The notes beneath the pieces were generated by a model. That model ran no database searches and was not told the DNA's origin. It was given only the letters and a program-made list of their open reading frames with translations. The translations under genes and the position numbers were made by a program. Of a stretch of DNA of 64,000 nucleotides, positions 25,055 through 37,775 are shown piece by piece (within the stretch, counting starts at the first letter, position 1; each line of letters opens with the position of its first letter). The stretch comes from Perna viridis (lineage: Eukaryota). The DNA lies in contig CM074524.1 in the NCBI GenBank assembly GCA_037379345.1, positions 33,427,644 through 33,491,643 of the forward strand, in the 5' to 3' direction.

Positions 25055-25872
25055 ATGTATACATTTCTAAGTTTAAAAACTTGTGTCCAAATAATTAATT
25101 TGTTAAGAAGATGAACAAACTGTTATTATTAATAATTATATTATTATGAAGTGTTTTTAAAATGTGTTGTTGATTTTTTCTTTTGTTTACAAGATGTGTG
25201 TTCACTTGTTTTATTTTGTAAGGTTTGTTAGTGATCTTCCGATTTCTTAAATAATGTTGCTATTGTAATGTTTAAAAGAAGAGTTATAAACCGTGTACCT
25301 CATGTAATATATAGACAATATCAAAGTTGAAATTTTCAATTTGTCAAAACAAAGCAATTGTAAAATATTTACCTAGGTGACGTCATCATTAAAGCCGTCT
25401 AAAAGTCAAATATCATATGTATATCATGCTACCACAACCTAACTGTGCACGGTTTTAACACATGGTTAATTACTTAAGAATATCTAGTAGCTTCCATTCT
25501 ATTTGTATACTTATATTTTTGTCGACAATTTGTGGGTACTTGTAATAAAATACTACACACGTTTGGTTTAAGAAGCTACCCAAAGTAATTAAATAAAATA
25601 ATCATGTCCATGTTATACTTAATATAATATTTATTGTAATAATCGAAGATCAGATATGACTACGAGCGTAAATCAAATCAAGGATTTAGCAATTTTGTCG
25701 TAACATTTTAGTCACTATTTCAAGAAAAATATATTTACACAAAAACTATATACTAGAAGCTTTATTAAAACATTGAACACAGATAAATATTGCTGCCTGT
25801 ATTCTACATTGGTTTTGTAAACATCAGACACTTTACACAAAACACCGATTCTTTTAATGCTCAGAACATGTG

Positions 25873-26217
25873 AAAGAGTAATCAAGGAAACTAAGGTTAT
25901 AGTGGTAATCAAAGAGTAATCAAGGAAACTAAGGTTATAGCGGTAATCAAAGAGTAATCAAGGAAACTAAGGTTGTAACGGTAATCAAAGAGTAATCAAG
26001 GAAACCAAGTTTATAGCGGTAATCAAAGAGTAATCAAGGAAACTAAGGTTGTAACGGTAATCAAAGAGTAATCAAGGAAACCAAGTTTATAGCGGTAATC
26101 AAAGAGTAATCAAGGAAACTAAGGTTATAGCGGTAATCAAAAGAATGTAATCCAAGGACAAAGACCAGACATGGAAAACAACAAACACAACAAAGAACAT
26201 TAAGTAACTTAAATCAT
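25873..26217 (-). mobile_element. PLE 3' UTR end whose terminal unit is amplified into 7 x 38-bp tandem repeats (25873-26138)
   Basis: Unit AAAGAGTAATCAAGGAAACTAAGGTTATAGCGGTAATC starts at 25873, 25911, 25949, 25987, 26025, 26063 and 26101, then continues into AAAAGAATGTAATCCAAGGACAAAGACCAGACATGG (PLE UTR). Confidence 0.92.
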
Positions 26218-26934
26218 ATTATCTTTTTATATATGATAACATAATGATAATAATACCATTGTTACATATGAAAAAAAATAGATTTAGTATAGGCATATAT
26301 AAGTATACTTCAGGTTGTATGATGTTTCTTAAACTCTTAAATGTATATTTCGGTCGATTTGATTGGTATGTGGTAATAAACATGAACATATATGGTTATA
26401 TATGCTCCTCAAACATAAATAACTGAGAAAAATGTTTCTAAACGCCAAATTTTGCCTCTTTTAACGTCGACTGCATGTGTTTACTTTCAATATATTTTGT
26501 GTATAGTCACGTCCATTCAACACAAAAAATCAAATTGCATAAATTTAAAACTTTAAGGGTTGTGTAATTTGTGTAATTTGTGCATAATATTTAAACATCC
26601 AAAGTATTGTCAAAAATAGCTCTATTTAGTGTTTGTAACCATTTTACTATACTTTTTCTGCCGAAAAATAAGCTTCATTCAGTTAAAAAAATGAACATAT
26701 CTTGATAAGGGTTCTACTACTTTCACACGTAAACCGATCTTTTTGTATATCCTTGTTCGTTTTCTCCAGGCTCTATCTCAATACTCACTACTGTATCAGG
26801 TCTCTACAATATCTTCTGTATTGTTTCAGCAATCACATCTGTTTGGTTTCTTTTTATTGGGGGGTATGTTTTTTTATTTTGTTTTGTTTTTTTGTTCTAT
26901 GTACATATTGCAGTGTTGTGCTTGTTCTACCTTG

Positions 26935-27112
26935 TCAATGTTCCCAGTTTTATGTGGAATCTGTGTTTGTTTGTTTTTTCTTTGTACTTGCTATTTTGGT
27001 TATTGCATGTTCTTTGGTGTGTGTGTGTTTGTCTGTCTGTCTGTTTTCCCTGTCTAGTATTTATCCCAGGAATATATTCGTTTGATCGAATCCGGCTTCC
27101 CTAGATCACTAT
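26935..27112 (+). mobile_element. Degenerate PLE 3' UTR
   Basis: TGTTCCCAGTTTTATGTGGA...TCTGTTTTCCCTGTCTAG...CCAGGAATATATTCGTTTGAT...TTCCCTAGATCACT resembles 17220-17395. Confidence 0.6.
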
Positions 27113-27326
27113 TTCACGAAATTAATTATTATTTCTATCAGTGTAAAACAAATGTTATCATAATAAATGAAAATGTGAAAGATGAAACTGAGGATATGGC
27201 AGTTGTTTTCATTACTCAAGCCATTTGGCAACAGCTAATTCACAAGACTCTTGCTATAAAGACCATCAAATTGTCGAAGTTCAGTTTACTTTGATTATGC
27301 GAGATAAAATGCAAATTTGGGCAAAA

Positions 27327-27428
27327 AACTCGGGACAAGTATTACCAACAGGAAGAAGAACTCGGGACAAGTATTACCAACAGGTAGAAAAACTCAGGAC
27401 AAGTATTGCCAACCAACAGGAAGAAGAA
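27327..27428. repeat. 32-bp tandem repeat x3
   Basis: AACTCGGGACAAGTATTACCAACAGGAAGAAG at 27327, 27359 and 27391. Confidence 0.88.
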
Positions 27429-27751
27429 CGAATGTCATGAATAATCTCTAACTTGAAACGTACCAAAACATCAAATCAATGCATGATATTTGAGTTATTT
27501 ATTTACACCTGTTATCATCTGTCCAGTAGTAGATATAGAAATGGTCACTGTGAAATATTTAAACTTGAATGACACTAATAAATCAATAAGCCCTAGAAAA
27601 TGTTCGACAGTTAAGTTGTTCTTCAAAAAGTGCTTACTTAACATTAGTAGTGGCATGATTAAAGTTTATTTTATTACCTTCGAAAACGTATGTCTTCCTT
27701 AAATCCCAAAAAAAACAATATAATGATGTATTTTAAACAAATGGGCTTCCT

Positions 27752-27997
27752 AGTTTTTAGTGGAGTCCGAGTTCCTCATTTACTTTTGTTACTTTGTATG
27801 TATGATTTTAGTTACTTTATTTTCTTTGTTGTGTATGTCTGTTTTCCATGTCTGGTCTTTGTCCCTGGATTACATTCTTTTGATTACCGCTATAACCTTG
27901 GTTCCCTCGATTACTCTTTTGATTACCTCTATAACCTTGGTTACTTTGATTACTCTTTTGATTACCGCTTTAACATTGGTTCCCTTGATTACTCTTT
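27752..27997 (+). mobile_element. PLE 3' UTR with terminal unit in 3 x 39-bp tandem copies (27878-27997)
   Basis: Near-identical to 17230-17395; TTTTGATTACCGCTATAACCTTGGTTCCCTTGATTACTC occurs three times with substitutions. Confidence 0.92.
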
Positions 27998-29677
27998 CAA
28001 TAAGTACCTGTAACAAAGAATCACATGTTAATCCGTGAAATCGTGCTACTGCAAATTTACAGGTACTATAATGTGCTACCAAAGATTCATTAATTATGGC
28101 TAAGTAATCTCAGAGGAGATCTCTTAAAAACCTGCCCTCATTCGAAATTTTGGAAATTTTAAATTTAAAGAAGAATTACTCCAACGTCAAATTTTCAAAG
28201 GAATATTCGCAATTACATACGTCAAAGTATCATGAAATTTGGTGCGGTAGTTAATGAAGAGTTGTGCCTACAATACTTTCATGATATTGCAAAAGACAAA
28301 GGGAGACAACTTTCACAAAAATAGTGGATATCATATGCCTGGTTATGTGTACAAATACAAAAACTGTATTTACTAAATACAAGCTAAGTAACATCAGTAT
28401 AATGAAATTACTAATAAGAATGGTGGTTTATATAAAATTTTAAAAAAGACAACTGATACTCTGATATTAGTTTTGTGAATGTTCCTCGATTGATGAGTGA
28501 GATCATTCAGTCGAGTAGCTACCAATTTACCATATTCGGATCTGCTTTATCATTGTAATCAAAATGCAATCTCTAAATTATTATGAATCATTATGTTAAA
28601 ACAATAGAAAGTGGAAACCCATAAAATGACATCATTCAAGATTGCAGTTCAAATGAATCATTATATCACAACGCATTGATATCCGTCGGTATAAATTCAC
28701 TTTTGCTTGATAAATGAAGGTTTCATTATAATGACGGTACAATTTGTATTACCAATCGCATACCACCACCAAATACGTTGGAGTATATGCCTCCAAGTAA
28801 CTCAGAAGGGTCCAATTAAACAGGCACTCGAGGTCTTGAATATTTATATTCTGCAGACAAATGGACCATAAATCTATTCTATTGACCCAAAATATGTGTG
28901 AATAGTGGCTGTAATTCATTGACAATGAAGTTATAGACTGTTCAATCCGTTTACAAGGTTTAATTTTATCTGATTTTGGTTTGCTCTTTAACAGTAATAC
29001 ACTTTCTGAAGATTTATGGCCAAACGTACTGCACTAACCCGCTATACCTTGGAACTTAAGTGGTTCGCACCGTGAAAGTCTAGGAAACTTGTAACGAAAT
29101 TGTTACAGTTTATGACATAATAATTTTAATTGTTCACATGTTTATTACATTTTGTTGAAAGACTATCAATTACGATTTGCAGCGTTTTTTGAAAACTTAG
29201 ATTGGAAAAAGAACGGCCCAAATGATGACCATTGAGTGTAACGATCCACATTCAGTATTTGTATGAATCTCGATTTAAAGTTCAAATTTTCAATTAAATG
29301 TATTATCTGACACTATCGTGAGTATAAAAAAAAATAAAATTCCGACACATTGTAATTGCTCTGAACAATTTTGAAATCTTAATCAAAGCGATGGTGGAAC
29401 CAAACGGGGACGAAGATTATAAAGTAATTTAACGAAGCCCTATGGTGATGATTGGTTCCATTTTATAGACAATGTTAAAGGAAAACAGACTTGGAATCAG
29501 CATGTAAAGTATGACATAATATATATAAAAGCGAGGAAATTATAGATGGTGACTTACTGTAACGCCGGTTTCTTTTTTATCTTATATCACATCTTTTAAC
29601 TTGATTGTACTGTGATATATATTTTCATAATGATGGAGAAACATATGACTATACAGTGTCTACTTTGACCGCTCTAA

Positions 29678-29716
<39 letters not shown>

Positions 29717-31532
29717 CATTATTTCAAATGATGATTGACTTTCTGAGACTGGAACATTATCGGTAACGATCATCATATCATTGCAAATGTTAATAAAACG
29801 ACGACTCATCTCATTTGTCAGCTTCACACATATCAATAAACTGTCTTTCTTTGTGCAGCCCAAGCGAGGAATACAGCCTTGTGGAGAGGATCAACTATAA
29901 TAAAAAAAAATAATAAGAACATGCAGTATGCACTCAGTGGCTCATAATGTATTCTCAAATCAATTATTGATTTTCTTAAAACATAGTTTTGAGCCTGATA
30001 TTATACCTTTCTATAAAAGTTACGTCATGCATCATATACATAATAAAGAGCATATAGTTTATTCATTCAAACGTCCTTTATAATGATTGCCAATTTTTTT
30101 ACATGCAGCATTGTCTTTTCAAAATACAAATACACTTGAAAAGCAAGTGAACAGTGAGAGTAAATATTTTATTTCATTAGGAGTAGTTGGAAATATTGAC
30201 AATTAATAATTTTGGAGTACTGCGACCCAAAACATCCTACAAATGTATATTTCCTAACTTCTATGTGAATCAACTTCATGAATTGCAAGATGATTAAAAT
30301 GTTAGAATAAAGGACTACTTGGCACCGACTAAGTTGAACTTGAACCACTAACCTCATGTGATCATGACCCATTTGGTAGGTCAAGTAATTGTATTGTTTC
30401 TTGAGATCGGATTCGATGGCATTATACTGTCTAATTTGAATAACAATGGTAGACCCGTTGTATAACTGATCCTTTCGCCACCTGAGTGATCATGGCGTTT
30501 GCAACGTATTAAGTACCTAAAATGCAGGGTGATTTTATTTGGATAATTCATTATTAAATATTGCTCTGTGTTATTTGCCAACGGAATCCAAATTCCTGTT
30601 CTTTTGTACCCAATCTTTGAACTTTAAAACAAAGCTAAGTATACTCTTTTTCTATCCATGTTTTGAAATCAGTTTTAAATCCAACGATGGTGAACTAGTT
30701 GTACTATTTGCTGGTCGTATCAGTCGATTCCCACGATGCCAAGCAAACATTGAAGGTACAACTAAACATATGCCATATTTTCACTTTTATAAATCAAAGT
30801 AAAATATGGCTTCCATGTTATTTTCTTGATTTTCTGAATGGTCTTCAGTGATAGTTTAACAGTTGTTGCCATCATCACTACCCACGTGATTGGGTAGTGA
30901 TACGCTCAATTAGTTTTTTTAATTGTAATGTCGATAAAAATGCTTCCATCAGTATTTAAATATTCTATATCACTAACACTTAAATATAGAATTAAACTTC
31001 CAATCCATATTAAATTACGACATCACCAATAGCAGAGGTGGTATGACAGTAACAATTAAACTACACGGAACAATAAAGCAATGTTTTTTTCGATCTAATT
31101 ACGCCATAATTTACCTAACTCAGTGTACTGTACATACCTATAGTCCTTATATAAATCTGCCTCTTTTTCTTTCTGTTATATAATAAAACCTTTTTAAGAT
31201 ATACATGTATTTTGCACTATCTTTAGTATAATTTCAAAAAAGAAAGATTGTCTCCTTAATATATTAAGGCAATTACACTAAAACTCTATGGAAATGTTTG
31301 TGTTGTTGTTTATGTACGATTTAGTTATATTGTATATGATTTGTTCTTTTTGTCTTGTATTTCTGATGTTCAAGATTGCGTTTTGTCCTTGGATTCACAC
31401 CCGTTTTACACGTCAATGCTCTAACATTTTCTTAACAAAGCAATGATGTTTTATAATGTCCTCCTGTTTATAAGAGGTTTGTTTTCTACTATAATAAAAT
31501 GTCATTTTTTATCTATTTTAAAACACCAGCTG

Positions 31533-31935
31533 GAAGAGTAATCAAGGAAATCAAGTTTATAGCGATAATCAAAAGAACGTAATCTAGAGACAAAGACCAG
31601 ACATGGAAAACAGACATACACAACAAAAAACATAAAGTTACTAAAATCACACATACAAAGTAACAAAAGCAAATGATTAACTCGGACCACTAAAAACTGG
31701 GAGCATGGACCATTTGCACCAATAGGTTAAGAGTCCTCTGCTTTTCTAGAAACACCCGCCGAGTTGCTCATGAAAAGTCAAGTCCTGGGTAGACGAAAGA
31801 GGAAAGAAAAACCATGTCACGTTGAACAGATTAGTTTTATGGCGCACATGGATACATCATAACGATCCACGAGTTCATGATGACGACCATAAAATTTTTG
31901 TAGTGATGATTTCAATCTTGTAGCAACATAACCCT
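31533..31935 (-). mobile_element. PLE 3' fragment (RT C-terminus plus complete UTR)
   Basis: Reverse complement aligns with ~16990-17395, with a single terminal unit. Confidence 0.9.
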
Positions 31936-33122
31936 ACTCCAGAAACCATAAAATTACTGGTTTAAGTACCGTTGCACAATAGCGGATAGGTTTATTTTCC
32001 ACCAAAACGTGCATCTTGATATTTTTGTTTACGATCTTTGATAGAGTGAGTTTTATTTTACTTAGATACCCACCATGGTATCTTATGAGATCGGGCTGGA
32101 ATATTTTCGAGAAAAAATGTAATTCCAAATGTTTGGGAATTCCTTTATTACTGATCCATTTAAAAAATTAATGATATTTTCCTCATTACAAGGCATATTT
32201 TCAAATAAAAATATTGATTTCGATTGCTGCTGAATTATAAATAACAATTTTGCACTTGAGCGAAAAAAATTGCTTACCTGACATCAAATCCCTGGCCTCC
32301 CCTGATGATGTAAATGGTCGGTGCCTTACTTCTGGGAAAACAATTGGCATATACGGCTTTCAATATGTGAAAGTGAAAACTTTGCATTTCATGCAAAAGG
32401 AAAGTTTTTACGCCTACTACAATCACCACCCCATTACTATTATATTAAAGGATGACTGTTAAGCAATACAGCTGTAATCAATATCATGTTTAAATAAAGA
32501 ACCTCTTTATATATGAAAAAACAATTCGAACAAATGCAGCGGAAATTAAGACATTAAAAACTCAATTAAACAATGTTTTATAAAAAGGGGAAATTGACCC
32601 TTAAATTACAACAAGTACAAAAAGCGCAAGTGTGACACAGATCTAATTACGACAATACATTTCCATATATCTATTGAGTGTTGTTAGAAGAAAAGATTGT
32701 TATTGTTCAGTCGTTCTATAGAATATAGGTCTATCTACGTAATTGTCAAATATTCTATATGGATCAATTAGGCGAAAGTAAAGACGAGGTAATGGCTGTA
32801 TTGTTACTACTCAATTATCTATCCAAAACATATCTGTTTGTTATAGGATACCAAAACAACATTGATCTTTCAAAATGTGTTGAATAATTTATTTGAATGC
32901 ATAGGGTATATAGAAATATGAAGGTATTGGAAAAATTGATATTTTCTCTTTACTTCTGTTCAATGATCCATTGTTATCACAGCTTAATGAATGGGTTTGT
33001 CTGGATATATAACTGCTCCAATGTTTTGTCTGTGATTTTCCTGCTTAGTCTAGCTCTTTGTGTGTGTGTGTGTAAATGATATAAGTATATTAAATGAACT
33101 TCAGCATTTTATTTCTCGTACT

Positions 33123-33260
33123 TAGTTTAGTTTGAACAATATTTTATTCAGTATAAGTCTGAATATGATCAGGTAGCAGGTAATGCCTATATAAGCCCTT
33201 TCCAAAGATACATAGTACAATATTTACATCCGATAAGCAATACAATATAAACTGTTATGT
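33123..33260 (-). mobile_element. Probable LINE 3' end remnant (CR1/L2-like)
   Basis: Minus strand GGAAAGGGCTTATATAGGC...AATAAAATATTGTTCAAACTAAACTAA: poly(A)-signal-like motif plus a short tandem tail. Family assignment is from recall only. Confidence 0.35.
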
Positions 33261-35719
33261 ACATTGTATGTAAATTCATAAAAATATCATGGCTACTGTT
33301 GAAAACTGTGTAAGACACTTTGGTTGACATATTTTTAGTTTTGATAGGAGAGGATTGATAAATATGACTGTATGTTATGATTTGGTTTTAACCATGTACT
33401 AAAAATATTAGTAGTGTGCAAAATTATTACAGTCTGTAATTATATTTCATTGTTTAATTATTTTATTCAAATGCAATATTAACTTCAAATATAACTGACA
33501 ATTTTATGTCAGAGTTTAAAATTTGGGTCAACCATATCCAGCTTCCTTTCACCATGCAAATTTGTACACCACACAAATATTCAATGCACCAAGAAGTAAA
33601 ATAAGAGGTTAAACCATTTATCACTTACATTATAAACTAATATCATAATTAAGCATGAATTAAGTTTGAAAACACATGTACATTTTACAAGGGAAAATAA
33701 ATACCAAAGAAAATGCACAACACAGAGCAGGACTCACTATAAACGACAAGGTATTAGTTACGGGTAGTTGTTCAAAGCTATCAAATTTTCGTATACGTAA
33801 AAAGAACTCGAATAAATATAAAGAAACTACATACTCAAGATAAAACGAAGACGCATTTCATTTCTGAATCATACACTTTTTTATTTACCAAATAAAGACC
33901 TTCATACATGTGATGTACAACTATTTTGTACCTACATGTATGTTTTGTACGGTTATGTAATTTTATGTTTTATGATATGATGCGTTTATTGTTTGGTAAT
34001 TATGTAAGCATAAATATCATCGATCATTGCGCTTGCCAAGTACCTACCTAAACATCCTTAGTTTTTTTAATTTTTTTTTTCATTTTTTAAATCCTTAAAA
34101 TAAATCATTTCGAGTTACATAACATTTTATCAATAAAATCCATAAACTAAGATAAATTGTAAGTTAAACATTTTGCACGTATTGTTTTTTTTATTTTATA
34201 TTATTTATTTATTTATTTTCATTTTTGTTTTAGGTGTTATCATGGCTTCTTTACCTAATACTGGGTCAATGCCACTCCAAAGGAAACCGGATGCCAAAAG
34301 TAAAATAAGAATTTACCAAAAACTATGTCAAGTCTGACTAATTTCGGCCTTGAACATGTGAATTGCTTTTATCAAAGTTTATTTATAGAAAATTAAAAAT
34401 CAATTATTGATCGTTTAAGTATAAGCATTTAAAACATAGCATTTTTTTTTTAAATATTGTATACAAATAGAGAGACCTGATCACCAGACTGGTACACCTT
34501 TTATACAGAACGAAACTACTTGTTTTTATAATCCACCAAGTGATTGAAATGTGTTTGGTAGATGCTATACATATCTAAATTCTCTTAATTGGGGGGGGGG
34601 GGGCATCACGAGTATTTGATGGGTTCTGCATTTATAAGGTAGTATATTTTACAGTACCCAGTGTCTCGGCCTGTCCGTATACCATCCTACATTTAAGTAT
34701 TAGCCTTCCTAAAAAAAGGTAATTCATGCATATCAAAAGACCACCAAATTCAGTTTTATTTCTTGTTCAGAAACTGTTACTGATCACATAATCAGTCTTA
34801 GTTTTTTTAATATGATTGTTGTACTTTTGAGATAAACATTACATGGATTGTGCACGAAATTGGCATTTTTCAAGAGTTATCGCTGTTGATTTGGTTCCAT
34901 TTTGTTAATTTAAGTGGGAGATGAACGTAAACTATGATTTTCTCAATAGCAAAGATCTGAATACCGAAATGATTATTGTTATGCAAAAATAAATGTGGCA
35001 TATGTAGACTGAAAAAGCATTGCTTGTTTGGTTTTTTTTTTTTTTTTCTACATTATGAATCACTACACCATTGGTAGTGTCTGAATTTTATATGGATTGG
35101 TACTTAAATACACCTGACTCTTGTAATGGTCGTCCAGAAATCATTGATTTTTAATTAATAATGGTTTCTGGCAGGCCTACCTAACTGGTCTGTGGCGTGA
35201 TCAGAAGTTCGTTTAGGTACACATAGATTACTAACGCTTTGAAATTTACAAGAAGGATTCTTTTTAAACCGCTTGATATTGACAGCCGGGTTTTATACCT
35301 TGGGTTTACTTTATATACAAATCTTTGGTTCCCGGTAATATATAGGATTTTGATTCAGGAGAATTAAGAGAATCGACTGTATATTAACATGCATTAAACA
35401 ATTTTACCATCTCCTGTATTTTTCTTAAATCGACATGTACATGTATCTTTCAACTCTAAAGATATAACATGGTGCATGAAAGCATACCTTTTCTCCCAGA
35501 CTGAATAAATCACTGGGTGGCATGACTCATAATGATTTAATTGCTGTCTTGGAGACTTTTAATTCATTGCGGATGATTTTTTTTCAGACGAATTAACGAC
35601 TTTTGTTGTTGTTGATATTTCCATGATTTGCACATTGTAAAAATGTAGTACATTACATGATGAACCTTAACTGAAAATGACATTATTTTCACATTTTTAT
35701 TTAAATAACAATTTTTTTA

Positions 35720-35721
<2 letters not shown>

Positions 35722-35752
<31 letters not shown>
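35722..35752. repeat. (ATT)n microsatellite
   Basis: Directly visible. Confidence 0.85.
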
Positions 35753-35753
<1 letters not shown>

Positions 35754-36380
35754 TTAATTTTCTTTTGAAAATTGCCAGTAATGTATTGAAGGTTTAGTGA
35801 AAAAAAACTTAACAAAAATCTTCGGAATATTAGGCAGTAGACAATATTCATTACGTAACTAAAATAAAAAATTTAAAAAATGAATTCCTATGACTCTTAT
35901 TGGACTCTTTTGATTGGTTGATTTTTATCTTCGCTAATCGTCTATGTACTAAAATAGTGCTCATTTGAATCGACCGTGGCTCTTCACTGCGTTATATCTG
36001 AAATGTAACCAATGACCTTTAAAACCACGGGTTGTGTTCACTTGCTGAATTACTCGTCCTTTCGGAACATTTCGTACTTAATCTGCGACTGTGTCTCCAA
36101 ATAACAAAACTACTTGTTTGTTGTTTATTAGATCAGGCAGACAGTAATAAATAAACTATCGGTATAATCATCGTGTCTTAATGTAAAACTGTTCAAAAAT
36201 AATTCTATTTGTATAACTTTTACTAATTATCTGTCCTGTGGTCTTTACATGTGTACTGATAACATCTTTAGTTAAAGTAATTTATACCATGTATAGCAGT
36301 ATAAGTACAAGGTATAGCTTCCAATTTACATAAGCTTCTTCTTATTATATAGTTATATTACATTGTGCTAACTGTTGTTG

Positions 36381-36563
36381 NNNNNNNNNNNNNNNNNNNN
36401 NNNNNNNNNNNNNNNNNNNNNNNNNNNNNNNNNNNNNNNNNNNNNNNNNNNNNNNNNNNNNNNNNNNNNNNNNNNNNNNNNNNNNNNNNNNNNNNNNNNN
36501 NNNNNNNNNNNNNNNNNNNNNNNNNNNNNNNNNNNNNNNNNNNNNNNNNNNNNNNNNNNNNNN
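36381..36563. other. Assembly gap (N run)
   Basis: 183 Ns. Confidence 1.
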
Positions 36564-37634
36564 TGATTCTCTAAAATAGACTCTTTTATAGTACAAATGT
36601 AAGGAAAATTAATCGACTTAAGGTTATTTGACCTGCATTATTTCGGATCATTTATTGTAACTAGCGATACATTTATTTATTTGTTTGTTTATGCAAACTG
36701 TATTTTTAAAGGATGAACGGTGCCAGCTTTGTTAGAATATGCTACTTAACTTTTCTGTAATGGTTTAGCCAGAATACAATTATTCTTGTTTTCTCAGGTT
36801 ATGACAAATGCACTCATGCCACATTGTTTCTATGCATGTACCCTTGTGCATGTACCATGTCATACGATGATTCAGACTGATCCTTTATTGTGTATTGAAT
36901 ATGAACACGTGCACATTTACAAAATATAGCTTATATGTGGATCTACAATTTCCATTAAGTTTTTATAAAGTTTTGCTTTGATGTGAAATTCATTTAAAAA
37001 TATTCAAAAGATAGAGTGGCTTAAACATTCACTCAGAAAGTAATGATACATTTTTGGAAGAGACGTAAAATACATACATCACTTATCTGAATATACACAG
37101 TGTCACAATATCTACATGTTTAAACGATTTATTTGATTAAGCCCAATTTTCAAAGTCTTGATAAATGGTAAGCGGTTCCGTTATCAAATATACCTATACT
37201 TAGAGCTATTCTAATCCTATCAATCAATTTTAGAATTGGACCTTTTAACGAATCGACCATTTATTGATTTTAACCAATGTTTGGCATTGATCTAATTTTC
37301 GGACACCCAGGTCACAAGTACGGGGCTGTAATATTTAAAGTAGCCATGCTACTGGTCAATCCTTGTAGTCAAAGCAAATACAAGTCCATTGAGCTGAAAT
37401 TGCAAAACATAAATTTTGAAACCCAAAGAAAACACAACATAATACCCAAACAAATAGAAAAGTGTTACTTACTTTAATTGTTCGTACATTAATTAACTTC
37501 ATGTACTGTTACATCAGTTCGTTAGTACTTTAGAATTATATATAGTTTGACATTCCAGGTTACACTTTATACATGCAAATACTACTGATTTAAAATTATT
37601 TACACTACTGTGGATAAATTCATGCTATCTGATC

Positions 37635-37775
37635 AGTTTTCATGATGCAGATACATCGTCGTAACGATCCACGAGTTCACGATGACGACCATGAAACATT
37701 TGTAGTGATGACTTCAATCTTGTAGCAACATAACCCTGTTCCAGAAGCCTATTTGTTAGAGTTCTAGCGCGATAG
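37635..37775 (-). mobile_element. PLE RT C-terminal fragment
   Basis: AACGATCCACGAGTTCACGATGACGACCAT...TTCTAGCGCGATA is the reverse complement of ~16950-17070. Confidence 0.85.

Noticed and set aside
25873-26138. CRISPR-like appearance of the 38-bp repeats
   Set aside because: Units are head-to-tail with no spacers, the context is eukaryotic, there are no cas genes, and the unit derives from the PLE tail.
36797-36880. Possible terminal exon GYDKCTHATLFLCMYPC resembling a C-type lectin end
   Set aside because: Only a weak C-x5-F-x-C match; no upstream exons identified next to the assembly gap.
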